Shown here: positions 1 through 10,287 of the stretch, one piece after another
How the letters are laid out: each line of letters starts with the position of its first letter
How positions within the stretch are numbered: the stretch's first letter is position 1
Source: a virus
Lineage: Duplodnaviria > Caudoviricetes
Virus record (IMG/VR): IMGVR_UViG_3300050343_000266
Coordinates: 8,333-72,332 of that record
Length of the DNA: 64,000 nucleotides
Direction: 5' to 3' (one strand)
Translations under genes and position numbers: made by a program
The notes under the pieces: generated by a model
The model's input: the letters and a program-made list of their open reading frames with translations, nothing else
Told to the model about the DNA's origin: nothing
The model's database searches: none

Positions 1-1
1 C

Positions 2-241
2 ATGTTAATTGAACGTCAGTTCATTAAAGAAGATATTAGAGATTTAATTACAGAGCTGCCTGAGATGCAAGCTGCTGTAATCTCTATGCGCTATGGCATA
101 GGTGAAGATATCTTGGAACCAATGTCTATGACAGCTATTGGTCAAGTTTTAAATATGAGCCGTGATCGCGTGCGGACTCTTGAGCAAAAAGCAGTAAGAG
201 GACTCAGAGAACATAACCAGCAAATTAGTAATTATCTCTAA
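2..241 (+). CDS. RpoD-like sigma-70 factor, C-terminal region 4 (truncated by window edge)
   Basis: LPEMQAAVISMRYGIG..MSMTAIGQVLNMSRDRVRTLEQKAVRGLR matches the sigma-70 region 4 HTH consensus (L..RE..VL.LR.GL...TL.EIG..L.LSRERVRQIE..AL..LR). Confidence 0.88.
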   Translation: MLIERQFIKEDIRDLITELPEMQAAVISMRYGIGEDILEPMSMTAIGQVLNMSRDRVRTLEQKAVRGLREHNQQISNYL

Positions 242-274
242 TTACAATAAGAGTAGGTACCAAGACCACATGCG

Positions 275-958
275 ATGAATGTCACACAACAGGTTATAAA
301 TATTGAGCAAAGCTACGGTGGGGCTCCTAAAGCAAATCCCGAGTATTATTCAACAAACAAAACACTGGATTATGCGAAAGGATCTAATAGCTTATTAAAT
401 GCTCGATCTGAAATCATAACTTCTGTACCTACAACCTTTGCCTACAAAGACTCGGTTGGTTTGTTTGGTGCAGAGAATGTTTTTATCAAAGTTGATTTAG
501 ATATACAGAGTGGAAAAGGATTTTACCAAAACGTCCCATCTCTTCTTGACAACGGATATTACAGTATATATGTCAATACCACCGATCCTGATATTGATTT
601 TTACTTTGACCCAGCAGAGATGGATTTCGCTCGTGAGTTCTTTCCTGAAAATAGTTTTGAACCTTCGACATTAAATGATAACCTTGATAACATCAGACAT
701 CCGGTAGTAAGTGTATCTATAAATAATTTAAAGACTGGCAACAAATTTGTTGATGCTTGGTTTGATGTACGTTTGTACACTAAAGATCGTATCGAGCATC
801 CATACGACACCTTATATATTGATCCAAAAAGCTATTTTTATATTGGTTTTCATGCAAGAAACACAAGACGACTGCCATACAACGTGAGTATGACAGTCGG
901 TGATTCTTATATTGCAGAACAAGATTTAACTAGTGAGCAGAGACGCTACCTAGTTTAG
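275..958 (+). CDS. hypothetical phage protein
   Basis: 227-aa ORF, TACAAT box at 243. Confidence 0.7.
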   Translation: MNVTQQVINIEQSYGGAPKANPEYYSTNKTLDYAKGSNSLLNARSEIITSVPTTFAYKDSVGLFGAENVFIKVDLDIQSGKGFYQNVPSLLDNGYYSIYVNTTDPDIDFYFDPAEMDFAREFFPENSFEPSTLNDNLDNIRHPVVSVSINNLKTGNKFVDAWFDVRLYTKDRIEHPYDTLYIDPKSYFYIGFHARNTRRLPYNVSMTVGDSYIAEQDLTSEQRRYLV

Positions 959-1413
959 CTTTCCTCTTCGTCTTCTTTCTCAACAACCTCAGGTTCGGGC
1001 TCAGGCTCAGGAGCAGGTGGAGTAGGCAAAGGATTAATAGAGCGTTTCAGTACACTACCTCCAGAGATTTTAGAGAACTGATACTCAACTAAAAGGTCGT
1101 TACTGCCTTCACCAAAGACAGCTACACGATCAATAGCTCCTTTGCTGTTCTGTGGGAAGGAGAAATTACCATAGCCATCATGGCGAATTTCCATCGTCAC
1201 TGGACCAATGTAAGGAACAACCAATCGTACAGATTCGCCGTTATCCAAAACTACATTGAAGATTGCTGCTTCGATATATTGAATTGATCCTTTTTTATTC
1301 CACCAACGTGGAAAGCGATGCACCGATCCACGATTAGGCAGAACCAGCTGCATCTCTGTACCAGTGTGATTGACAACGTCAGTGCCACCCTTGTAAACAA
1401 GTTTATCGGCCAT
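955..1413 (-). CDS. hypothetical protein with Pro/Glu-rich tail
   Basis: 152-aa ORF directly downstream of the NUMOD4/HNH-like gene on the same strand. Confidence 0.65.
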   Translation of the reverse strand: MADKLVYKGGTDVVNHTGTEMQLVLPNRGSVHRFPRWWNKKGSIQYIEAAIFNVVLDNGESVRLVVPYIGPVTMEIRHDGYGNFSFPQNSKGAIDRVAVFGEGSNDLLVEYQFSKISGGSVLKRSINPLPTPPAPEPEPEPEVVEKEDEEES

Positions 1414-1422
1414 TAGTTTTAC

Positions 1423-1809
1423 TTAAATACCTTCTTCTATTTTAGTCATCTTTTCATCAGCACGTTTTGACCATTGAAGATTATCTGCACGACAATCTTT
1501 TTTGTTGCTATTGATATGTTTAACAACGCTACATCCTTTAAGTCGCCCATATGGAGTTGGTGGCAATCCAAGAAAAGCAAATGCAACAAGTGTATGCACA
1601 GGAATAGTTATTAACTTACGGCGTCCAATACGTTGAGTTAAGTTTACAACTGGGTAACCGCCCTTGCTTATTTTCTGCTTAAGGATTCTTTCGATCCTCC
1701 CCTTTGTACTTTTAATGAGACCTTTTTGGTTTACATAGTATTCAATGCAGCACTCAAAACCCGGCAATGTATGCACTGGGATCCACTCATTATTATCTAT
1801 AAAGTCCAT
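1423..1809 (-). CDS. NUMOD4/HNH homing-endonuclease-like protein, degenerate active site
   Basis: EWIPV..PGFE..YYVNQKG.IKS (NUMOD4), GYPVVNL, VHTLVAFAF, VKHINSNKKDCRADNLQW; start placed at ATG 1809. Confidence 0.75.
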   Translation of the reverse strand: MDFIDNNEWIPVHTLPGFECCIEYYVNQKGLIKSTKGRIERILKQKISKGGYPVVNLTQRIGRRKLITIPVHTLVAFAFLGLPPTPYGRLKGCSVVKHINSNKKDCRADNLQWSKRADEKMTKIEEGI

Positions 1810-1923
1810 ATAACCAAGTATTCTGGGGTATCTAAATAATATTATAGCGGTAACTATTAACATCAGTATATGTGACTAGTCGAAGTCACTTATAAACCTT
1901 TTAGCTTACGGAGTTAGAAATCC

Positions 1924-3072
1924 ATGTGGATTGATAATGACTTTCCTAAGCTCCTTGGTGCAGAGCTTTACCGCCCTCACCCTGCCTACATCATTGAGAT
2001 GGCAGTTGAGCCGGTAGTTGTCCACGATTTCTCAAAGCAGCCTGGTCAGACCGTGCAGCTTGATCGTTATCGTTTCTGGGGCAAGCCTGGCACTAAGGAG
2101 TCCCGTGAGCGGACCGCCGATCAAACCCTCGGCACCGCTTCAGCTCGCAACATCGTCAAGGACAAGGTCCTTGTGACTCTGCGTGAGTACACCGGCCCCG
2201 CCGATACCCGCGACACAGCACAGCCTTCCACCTTCAAAGTTGCTCGCGAAACCCTGATCACCGCTCAGCGTTTGCTGCTTGATACTGGCAACCTGAATGT
2301 GTTCCACCAGTCGATCGGTAGCTTGACGCTGCTTGACGACTATCGCCGTTGGCGCGATCGCGTCTTTGCTAACGAACTGCTGAAAGCAGAAGCAAACGGC
2401 AAAGCTGATAAAGAGCAAGGCGGTTACTACCTTCCTGGTGACAAAGTCAAAGGCGCAACTGGCGGCACCTTGGGTGTTACCTATGCGACTGGCGAGTCTG
2501 CCAAGTTCGATGTAACTACTGACCTTCTCGAAGTTGTTAAGGACATGCGTAAGCGCAACGTCCCAACTTTCGCTGATGGTTACTACCGCTGCATCGTGGA
2601 TCCAACTGCAATGATGCACTTGCGTCAGAACAGCGACTTCCGCGAAATCGCACGTTATCCAGGCACTGGCATGGTCAACCCCATGTCACCCAACCAGGCA
2701 CCCAACGCAAACTTCTACCAAGGAATGGGTCCTGCTTACGGCCAAGCTGGCTTTGTTGCTGGTCAACCCGTAATGCCTACTGGCTTCCTCTTTGAGGGTG
2801 TCCGTTGGTTCGAGTCCACCAACCTGCCCGAGACCTCTTACAACCTTGTTGTAACCGACGCTGCTGCTGGCGCTGCTGATTACACAGCTTCCCAGTTGAT
2901 CTTCTTCGGTCCTCAAGCTGTGGGCGTGGGTATTGGTGGTAACAATGCGCAGATTCTGTTGAACAACAACGACGACTTCAGTCGTTTCATCATCATGATC
3001 TGGAGCTTGTTCGCCGGTTTTGAAGTACTTAATAAGGACTTCATCACGGTTGGTTACTCTTTCGTATATTGA
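1924..3072 (+). CDS. major capsid protein (N4-gp56-like family)
   Basis: 382 aa with strong high-expression codon bias; HDFSKQPGQTVQLDRYRF, YRCIVDP, GFLFEGVRWFESTN and FFGPQAVG are typical capsid-protein blocks. Confidence 0.85.
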   Translation: MWIDNDFPKLLGAELYRPHPAYIIEMAVEPVVVHDFSKQPGQTVQLDRYRFWGKPGTKESRERTADQTLGTASARNIVKDKVLVTLREYTGPADTRDTAQPSTFKVARETLITAQRLLLDTGNLNVFHQSIGSLTLLDDYRRWRDRVFANELLKAEANGKADKEQGGYYLPGDKVKGATGGTLGVTYATGESAKFDVTTDLLEVVKDMRKRNVPTFADGYYRCIVDPTAMMHLRQNSDFREIARYPGTGMVNPMSPNQAPNANFYQGMGPAYGQAGFVAGQPVMPTGFLFEGVRWFESTNLPETSYNLVVTDAAAGAADYTASQLIFFGPQAVGVGIGGNNAQILLNNNDDFSRFIIMIWSLFAGFEVLNKDFITVGYSFVY

Positions 3073-3088
3073 TAGGAGCTAACTAACT

Positions 3089-3658
3089 ATGTCCGTAATT
3101 TTTCCCGGTAATTATGTCGCACACTTGAACGCTTATCGCGATCAAGGTGTGTTCGCACTCCCAGGCGTTGAGTTCTATCAGGTCGTCGGTGCTGCACTTG
3201 TTGATGCCAACATTTCCAGCTCCGGTACCCTCACGCCTCAAGTCCAGTCACCTGACCTCCGTCAGGATGACAAGCCACGCTTGAACAAGTCAGTGACTGT
3301 TCCTGCTGGTGCTGTCGTGTATCGCACGGCTATCAACACCGTCAACCTTTCTTCTACAGGCACCTCTACGGTTGCTGTTGATGGTTTGACAACCGCTGGC
3401 CTGGAAGCATCCTTGGCAGCTGTTGGTGGCGTTTATCCTGCCGCTGGTGGCAAGACAACATTCGATGGTTTCGCAACGACTTCTAGTGAGTCTTCTGCTG
3501 CCACGATCACTATCGCTCACTCAGGTGCTTTGAACCTGGTGGATACCGATAGCCAAGCCGCTGTGCTTGTTGAAGTCTGCTACTACCTGTCTGCTGACGG
3601 TCCTGATTCAGACGACATTTCCCTCCCTTATAAGACGGAGGCTGGACAAGGTTATTGA
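3089..3658 (+). CDS. probable capsid decoration / structural protein
   Basis: Follows the capsid gene with AGGAG SD and the same codon bias; Ala/Thr/Ser/Val-rich; shares a terminator with the capsid gene. Confidence 0.6.
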   Translation: MSVIFPGNYVAHLNAYRDQGVFALPGVEFYQVVGAALVDANISSSGTLTPQVQSPDLRQDDKPRLNKSVTVPAGAVVYRTAINTVNLSSTGTSTVAVDGLTTAGLEASLAAVGGVYPAAGGKTTFDGFATTSSESSAATITIAHSGALNLVDTDSQAAVLVEVCYYLSADGPDSDDISLPYKTEAGQGY

Positions 3659-3677
3659 TAACTTAGTCCGACATTAT

Positions 3678-3704
3678 AAGCGTCTCTTAGGGGGCGCTTT
3701 TTTT
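3678..3704 (+). terminator. intrinsic terminator of the capsid operon
   Basis: AAGCGTCTC-TTAG-GGGGCGCTT followed by a T-run. Confidence 0.8.
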
Positions 3705-3738
3705 GTGTCTATAATAATGGGGTACGGTATAAATAGTA

Positions 3739-4170
3739 ATGAGTAATCTTTTTCAGGATCAGAAAACAGGCAAGCTTGTTGAGTTTATTAATAAGCACGA
3801 TAAAGAATATGCAATGGTCCGAGACGCTGGAGGCAATATTGCTTATGTATGTCTTGATTCATTAGTTCCTTATGACAAAGACAAAGGACGTCTGACGAAA
3901 GTAGCTGCACCACAAATTCAGCCTGAGCCGGAAGAAGAGCTACCAGTGCCTGTCGTGCCTATCGAAGATACACGCCTAAATCTAAACATGGCACCAGCAG
4001 AACAAATTGCTAAAAGGCTGCCTGGTGTTGGCTATGCCACAGCAAAACGTATTGTTGAACTACGGATGTCATTGAGTGGTGAACGTTTTAACAACCTTAA
4101 GCAGTTAGAAAATATTCCCCGCGTCAACTGGGATCAACTCATTGAAGAAGACCTAATCTTTATTAGTTAA
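3739..4170 (+). CDS. helix-hairpin-helix (ComEA/HHH_3-like) DNA-binding protein
   Basis: LNLNMAPAEQIAKRLPGVGYATAKRIVELR...FNNLKQLENIP. Confidence 0.8.
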   Translation: MSNLFQDQKTGKLVEFINKHDKEYAMVRDAGGNIAYVCLDSLVPYDKDKGRLTKVAAPQIQPEPEEELPVPVVPIEDTRLNLNMAPAEQIAKRLPGVGYATAKRIVELRMSLSGERFNNLKQLENIPRVNWDQLIEEDLIFIS

Positions 4171-4198
4171 ACTAGGGTTAGTATTATTGAGAAGATAA

Positions 4199-4600
4199 AT
4201 GCTAACAGTACAGGAAGCACTATTATTTCAAGCTGCTAAGGATGAGCAGGATCGAATTGATGCGCAAGGAACTGCTGGTGTTATTGGAGGCATGACCGGT
4301 GCTGTTCTTGGAACTACCGGTGGAATGATTCCTCATAATATTGGCAAACAAATAAATAAAGCAAGAGGGCATACACCAGCTCGATTTAAGGCAGGGCCAT
4401 CGCTATGGCAGGTGGTCTAACTGGTCTGATCCTTGGAGGAGCTTTAGGTGCAGGTACTGCAGCAGTGATGAAACAAGACAACCCTGCAGCAAACATGCTT
4501 GCCAAGATTCAAGCTAAAGGTGAACTAACCGAATACGATCGAGTATCAACTCCAACAAGTGCTTCGTGATATCTACAGCAATCAATCGAGGATGGCGTAA
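4199..4600 (+). CDS. glycine-zipper protein, broken by two single-base frameshifts
   Basis: GVIGGMTGAVLG..., then in another frame MAGGLTGLILGGALGAG..., then QLQQVLRDIYSNQSRMA* with the stop overlapping the next ATG at 4600. Confidence 0.55.
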
Positions 4601-5097
4601 TGGAACTAGATGATTATCTAAAATCCAAAACTAGATTTCATCTGGGATACAACTCAGGTGCACAGCTTCCAGCTGGAGATCGTTCTAGGCTTGAAGAAGC
4701 AATGGCACTCGTGCCTGATGAGCTTTGGTATAACGAGATTGTTTATCACATCAAACGTTGCGATAACGCTTGGAAAGTAAGTGCATACCTGCCTGATGAC
4801 ATCCTAGATCCAAGTGGTCAAGGCATTGTCAACTTCTCACGTCAAGAAATCATTTCAGGAGATGTACAACGAACCATCTCGCAATCAGATCCATTGAAAG
4901 GTGATGAGTATTTCCGTGAAATCTATTTACGAGAATGCGATCGACTGGCTGAGACTTTGTATGTTGCTAATTACCGTCGTCCTGAAGTACGGCGCTATGC
5001 CTTTGATCGTTCTGGTGCTGAGTTTATTCTGGCTGTACCTGGTCCTGCAGACACTGCTGTAGGTTCAAGAATTGTTTTACATAATACTTGGCGATAA
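4600..5097 (+). CDS. putative head-completion / adaptor protein
   Basis: 165-aa helical ORF with an N-terminal RFHLGY motif, located in the head-tail module. Confidence 0.45.
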   Translation: MELDDYLKSKTRFHLGYNSGAQLPAGDRSRLEEAMALVPDELWYNEIVYHIKRCDNAWKVSAYLPDDILDPSGQGIVNFSRQEIISGDVQRTISQSDPLKGDEYFREIYLRECDRLAETLYVANYRRPEVRRYAFDRSGAEFILAVPGPADTAVGSRIVLHNTWR

Positions 5098-5132
5098 AGT
5101 AGAATATATCTAGGATATATAGCAAGAAAGTT

Positions 5133-6014
5133 ATGACACAAAAAATCACGATGGGTCGTGATAGGCGACAAGATGCTATCGATGCTCGTAATGCAATGCG
5201 TCAGTACGGTGGATACAATCCTAATGCTGGTGATATCCCCGCAGTGATGCCATCTGCACCATCATCAACTGCAAATGCACCTGCTGATGATCCAATGGAT
5301 CGAACAGGTAGTGTTGAGTACGGCACATCAGCAACAGAAGAACCTAATCAAATCTTCTGAACAATTCCAATCGACCGCTCTTGAATGATCGCTTGGCGAA
5401 CATACAAAGAGGCATTGCTAACGGAGTGAAGTAATGCATATAACACTGGTAATCAACAATCGTTCTGTAACTGGGAGCATCGGCTAATGAGTAGACGAGC
5501 AAAGAAAAATCTAGATCCAATGCGCTTTGCACCTGAAGCAAAGTCACTATCCAATCTGCCTGGATCACCGGAGAATACAAATCCGATGAACATGCGAACT
5601 GCAGGTCAAGAAAGCTACTCCTCCAATTGGTGGATCAAGTATTTACTAACGATGGGGATCAAACCAATAATGCAGAGTCTACCCACAAATGGGATCTGCA
5701 GTACTCGATCCAACAGTACACTTGCCAACTCAGATGCACACCAGTGCCAGTAGGTCAAAAGTTAAATGCTGGTTTTAATTATGGTCAGCAACCACAGCCA
5801 TCAGCAAATGCTCAGTGACCCAATGGAAGGAATGCGCTTGGTCAAAATGCACAAATCGGCGAAAGGCTTGATGGCACATCCATTCTTAGGAATGACAGGA
5901 TCACCTGTGATTATTCCTGGTGCTATGGATCCAAGGGACCATGGCCCAAGGTCAACCGTTGATGCAACCCATGATCACAGTAGACGGACAAAACAATTCA
6001 AAGAAAGGAGCTAA
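5133..6014 (+). CDS. one or two low-complexity (Met/Pro/Asn/Gly-rich) genes fragmented by frameshifts
   Basis: Chain of short overlapping + ORFs (5133, 5487, 5627, 5766) with continuous composition across frames. Confidence 0.4.
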
Positions 6015-6020
6015 AGCGTA

Positions 6021-6509
6021 ATGGCTACTACAGCATCGAATAAACAACCCTTACTTGTTGATCGGGTATTTCATAAAGCAGTCAGTGCTATGTCATTGGC
6101 ATCTGGTTCAGCAACATCACTAGACATTGAAGGAACTAATCAGTCAGCAGTGCTGGTGGACTGCAGTGCTAACGATGGTGCTGTGGTAGAAGACCTATAT
6201 GTAATCGCACGAACAAGCACAGCTCAAGCCTATACAGCTCTCTTTTATCTGAGCTCTGCAGTTGATTACCTACGTCCAACAGAAGGTGTGTATCTAGGTA
6301 AGTTGACAAGCTCTACAACTAACGCTGCTATTACGTCATCTACTGATCTTCCAAAAGTACTTGCACCTCTTGCACATGTTGGATCTGATCCACAGGTGCG
6401 TGCTCTCTACATTCCAAAAGGAAATGTACTGTGGTGCACACTACAACTAGCAGGATCAGTAAACACTACTGACACTCCAATCATTGCAGCACAGGGCGGC
6501 TTCTATTAA
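6021..6509 (+). CDS. virion structural protein (hypothetical)
   Basis: 162-aa beta-rich ORF in the structural module, ends GGFY. Confidence 0.55.
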   Translation: MATTASNKQPLLVDRVFHKAVSAMSLASGSATSLDIEGTNQSAVLVDCSANDGAVVEDLYVIARTSTAQAYTALFYLSSAVDYLRPTEGVYLGKLTSSTTNAAITSSTDLPKVLAPLAHVGSDPQVRALYIPKGNVLWCTLQLAGSVNTTDTPIIAAQGGFY

Positions 6510-6513
6510 GGCA

Positions 6514-8277
6514 ATGCCTAGAAAGAAGAATGGATATGGAAACTTTAATGTAAACAATATAAAGGGTGTAAACAGTTCGTTTGACAAAGGTAAAGGCTCA
6601 ACATCTGCAGGTAACTATCCTGCAGTAAGGTCGTTCGGATCAACCTTGACCAGAAGTGCTATTGAGCAATACGACTTAGAAAGTACATGGAGTAGATGGA
6701 GACGTGGACTTGAATATTATTATCAAGGTGCATACCTAGACTTCACACAAACGGATGCAGTGCTTTATCAAGGAACTAACTTTGAGGTTCCTGTGACGTT
6801 TATTGGTCAGAGGTTTGCAACAAAGAATGCAGACAGTAGGACTCATTATGCAATACGACGTGAGGTAGATCAAAATCAACAGTTAGGTGTCATTGTCGAA
6901 AGGTATAACGATGAGTATGCATATCCAGAATATAGACGTGACAAAGAAATTTGGATAAAGGTTAATACATCAGCCGGGTATTCAGATGACTTACTATTAC
7001 GTTCAGTTGGTGAGAGAGTAACTGACGGAGTCACTGCTGCAAATATTTCATGGGTACTTACATCTGCTAAGCATCCTGCTGTGTACTTAGGTAAATCACA
7101 AGCAGAGGGAGTAGTGGCAGTCACAACTGTCTCACTGAGTGATGTATTAGCAACAGAGTTTATCATTAACAACAATGGAGATATACAGTCCCTAGTTGGT
7201 GAAGCAGTCAATATGCCTGACTTCTATCAGAACAGGACAATCAGTGCATTAGATAAATTTACGGATTATCCATATGAATTCCGTGTGAATCTTACAGAGA
7301 CAATAACTAGTACCACAATTCAAATTCTAGATACAAGTACAGGACTACCTCCAACCCTAGGTGAGATAAATACTGCAGATCAAATCTTTAGCACTACTAC
7401 TGCAACCAGTACGTTGGAAGGAGACTTTATCTACGAGAAAGAACGATACCAGCGGTTCTTTGGACAGCAATATCTGACTGCTGATTTAGTTAGATCTGAA
7501 CTAACGCAACTTGCATACGGAATATTACCTTGGAGCATTCAATCAGTAAAAGCAGACGTTACAAATAATGAGCTGACAATTACTTCAGAACCATTCCAAA
7601 GCAGTCTTCAACTATATACACCAAGTGAAACATACAGATATATCATATTTCCTGAAAAAGGATTTACAGCTAAAACACCAGATGTAGATGCAGATGGTAA
7701 TTACAAGCATGCACCACCAATGCCGGGCGAAAAATTATGGGAAAAAATTAATTTAGATATAGACCCATGGATTGATGAAATATTTTCAAACAACCAGCCA
7801 TTGTCTATATCAGAGATCTACACCTGTAGTTGCCCTGCATATCTACATGCTGTGCTGAGAAACCCAGAATCTACAGACGATGATGGTAAAAAAATCAATA
7901 GACAACAACGTCTCCCCACACCTACTGCAAAAGGGGCCTCTACATATGAAGCAAATGGTTTGCTTAAAACAGTAGGCATTGCAGAGTCTTGGGCCACTGA
8001 TGAATACAAGAAAAGTTTTAAAGTCTGCAAGCATACGATTGCTGCAATGTTTATAGATAAAGTACGAGTAATGGAACCGAATACTTTTCCGAGTGCTGAT
8101 GCACGTGAAAAGTTCGAAGAAAAATTAGCCAAGGATATACAAGAAGTGGCTGAAGAATTTACAGCTCAGCTTAGACGTTCAGAAATGACTCAGATAGAAG
8201 TTATATATGCGTTAGCAGAAGCATTAAATCTTGATGATGTTGAAATTGGCTATGTGCTATTAACAAGTAAATTCTAA
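6514..8277 (+). CDS. large protein with C-terminal SWIM-type zinc finger
   Basis: YTCSCPAY ... VCKHTIAAMF (CxC...CxH); start at ATG 6514. Confidence 0.6.
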   Translation: MPRKKNGYGNFNVNNIKGVNSSFDKGKGSTSAGNYPAVRSFGSTLTRSAIEQYDLESTWSRWRRGLEYYYQGAYLDFTQTDAVLYQGTNFEVPVTFIGQRFATKNADSRTHYAIRREVDQNQQLGVIVERYNDEYAYPEYRRDKEIWIKVNTSAGYSDDLLLRSVGERVTDGVTAANISWVLTSAKHPAVYLGKSQAEGVVAVTTVSLSDVLATEFIINNNGDIQSLVGEAVNMPDFYQNRTISALDKFTDYPYEFRVNLTETITSTTIQILDTSTGLPPTLGEINTADQIFSTTTATSTLEGDFIYEKERYQRFFGQQYLTADLVRSELTQLAYGILPWSIQSVKADVTNNELTITSEPFQSSLQLYTPSETYRYIIFPEKGFTAKTPDVDADGNYKHAPPMPGEKLWEKINLDIDPWIDEIFSNNQPLSISEIYTCSCPAYLHAVLRNPESTDDDGKKINRQQRLPTPTAKGASTYEANGLLKTVGIAESWATDEYKKSFKVCKHTIAAMFIDKVRVMEPNTFPSADAREKFEEKLAKDIQEVAEEFTAQLRRSEMTQIEVIYALAEALNLDDVEIGYVLLTSKF

Positions 8278-8302
8278 TCAAATACAATAGATAAAGAAAC
8301 AT

Positions 8303-10090
8303 GTGAGTGTAGTTGTGACCTCAAGTAATGAAAACTACCAAGGTGTATTGGATGCAATTAATGAATTACGTGCACGTAATGGCGAGTCTGCTCAAAACAA
8401 TCCACCAAACTGGAAAGGTATTATTAACGCCTTACAGTCACTAAACAAATGGGGACAGGTAGAAAACGGAGATACTCCACCAGGTTACACACCTGATTAC
8501 GATTCAAGTGGCAACATAACTGGCAGTCACTACAATCCACAACCTGATAATGGTCGTCTGTGGTTTGATATCCGATCAGGTCGTTTGCTTATTTGGCAAG
8601 ACGATGGTTGGTATCAAACAAATGGTGCGGACGGTCTACCTTTCTTTGCTACGGCAGCTCCAGCATCGGAAGTCCCAGGTGCACTTTGGTTTAATACATC
8701 AAACTTAAATCTGTATATTTATGATGGTTCAAACTGGATTTTAATATCAAGTCCTACAGGCGCAACAACGACAACAGCACTGCCACTAACAAGTACAGAA
8801 AGTAATTTGTTCCCTGTTCCAGGCAATGTTCAAACACAAAATCAAGCCAATACTTACTTCATTAACGCTGTCACAACACTACAAACCGACGTAACAGCGC
8901 TAGAAACAGAACAAGCTGCTCCTATTGCATCTACAGCTCCTAGTGCATCTACAGCAGGTGAGTTCTGGTTTAACAGTACTACGTTGGAACTAAGAGTCTC
9001 CTACGGAGGTGCATGGGTACCTGCATCTCTTCCATTGACAGATGACACAGATTTTGTAGCTCTAAGCAATACAGTTACTAACAACTACACGACAACAACA
9101 AACTTAATTACTGCATCTAACGTTCGTATCACGGCACTAGAAAATGAACCACTACGTACGTTGACGCTTGCAGTAGACACTAATGAAAAGTCAATTGTCC
9201 TAAATGATAGTGCTGCAACTAATACTCAAGTAAAGTTTTTGGGTACAAATGGAATTGGAATAGCGGTTACAGCAACGGACATAACGATCGATGCTGCTGG
9301 CGTACTTACCTCTGCTAGTGCCTTAATTGCAGCAACTGGATGGGGAACAGCAATCACGAACCTAACCACTAGGACTACCACTCTAGAAACGGATGTGACT
9401 GCCTTGCAGAACACACCGGTTGTTTCAGTAAGTGCATTCAATACTCTAAGCACTACCGTTAGTGGCCTACCTACAACAACTGACCTTAACCTGAAGGTTG
9501 ACAAAAGTAGTCCATCATTTACAACCGACGTTGACTTCAACAACAATCGCCTACTTCAAGTAGGTACAGCTACTGCATCTACAGATGGCGTAAACAAAGC
9601 GTATGCAGATGCAATTAAAACATATGCAGATAATACTTTTATTACTCAGACGACGAGTACATTAGGCAACTTAATTATTAGTCGAACAAATCTCAGTGCG
9701 CCTGCTCTTGACTTCTCAGGTTCACATACTAATAGTTTCGAAGCATTCAAGTTTAAAACTTATGGTGGATCAGGTGTGGTTACATTTGGTGTGACTGCTT
9801 ATACTAATGAATATGCCTATACATTCACTGGCGATGAAGAGTTCTCTTGGATTGGCGCTAGTGGTAAAACAGCATTCATAGATGACACTGGGATTACTAC
9901 TGAAGCATTAACTATCGCAGACATCAGTAGAAACGCAGGTGGAACACAAGTCTTGTCCAACACAATTGATGTGAAGGAACGCATTTCTACGTACCAGACT
10001 GCATTGATTGGAGTCAGGACTGCATTAAATACCTCTTCTGATTACGCCAGCTTTAAGACAGCTGCACTGACCGCATTAGCCAACATCTAA
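8303..10090 (+). CDS. tail fibre / tail-associated protein
   Basis: Repeated G.LWF(D/N)...L.IY.G..W units, coiled-coil segments, DGVNKAYAD motif; Thr-rich. Confidence 0.75.
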   Translation: MSVVVTSSNENYQGVLDAINELRARNGESAQNNPPNWKGIINALQSLNKWGQVENGDTPPGYTPDYDSSGNITGSHYNPQPDNGRLWFDIRSGRLLIWQDDGWYQTNGADGLPFFATAAPASEVPGALWFNTSNLNLYIYDGSNWILISSPTGATTTTALPLTSTESNLFPVPGNVQTQNQANTYFINAVTTLQTDVTALETEQAAPIASTAPSASTAGEFWFNSTTLELRVSYGGAWVPASLPLTDDTDFVALSNTVTNNYTTTTNLITASNVRITALENEPLRTLTLAVDTNEKSIVLNDSAATNTQVKFLGTNGIGIAVTATDITIDAAGVLTSASALIAATGWGTAITNLTTRTTTLETDVTALQNTPVVSVSAFNTLSTTVSGLPTTTDLNLKVDKSSPSFTTDVDFNNNRLLQVGTATASTDGVNKAYADAIKTYADNTFITQTTSTLGNLIISRTNLSAPALDFSGSHTNSFEAFKFKTYGGSGVVTFGVTAYTNEYAYTFTGDEEFSWIGASGKTAFIDDTGITTEALTIADISRNAGGTQVLSNTIDVKERISTYQTALIGVRTALNTSSDYASFKTAALTALANI

Positions 10091-10092
10091 TT

Positions 10093-10287
10093 ATGCCTTC
10101 ATTCAACTTTCCATCAAACCCAACAAATGGGATGATCGTTAAAAACGATACAACAGGGGTTTCGTATTCTTGGGAAAAGACATCTAATTCATGGAACATT
10201 GTACGTACAAACGTGAATGATGCTCTCGATAATGTGACGACAGCGTTAGTATCATTAACAGGTCCGATGGGTAATAAAAATGTTTAA
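10093..10287 (+). CDS. small tail-associated protein
   Basis: FNFPSNPTNG...YSW.....W module typical of cyanophage fibre N-termini. Confidence 0.55.
   Translation: MPSFNFPSNPTNGMIVKNDTTGVSYSWEKTSNSWNIVRTNVNDALDNVTTALVSLTGPMGNKNV

Noticed and set aside
2140-2916. Antisense ORFs within the capsid gene, and similar ones within polA, RNR and psbA
   Set aside because: Shadow frames produced by codon bias, with no motifs or expression signals
4380-6014. Many short overlapping ORFs suggesting programmed frameshifting or pseudogenes
   Set aside because: Several scattered single-base indels with no slippery consensus; similar breaks at ~15635, ~34408, 46800-47070 and 61650-62060 point to assembly indel errors
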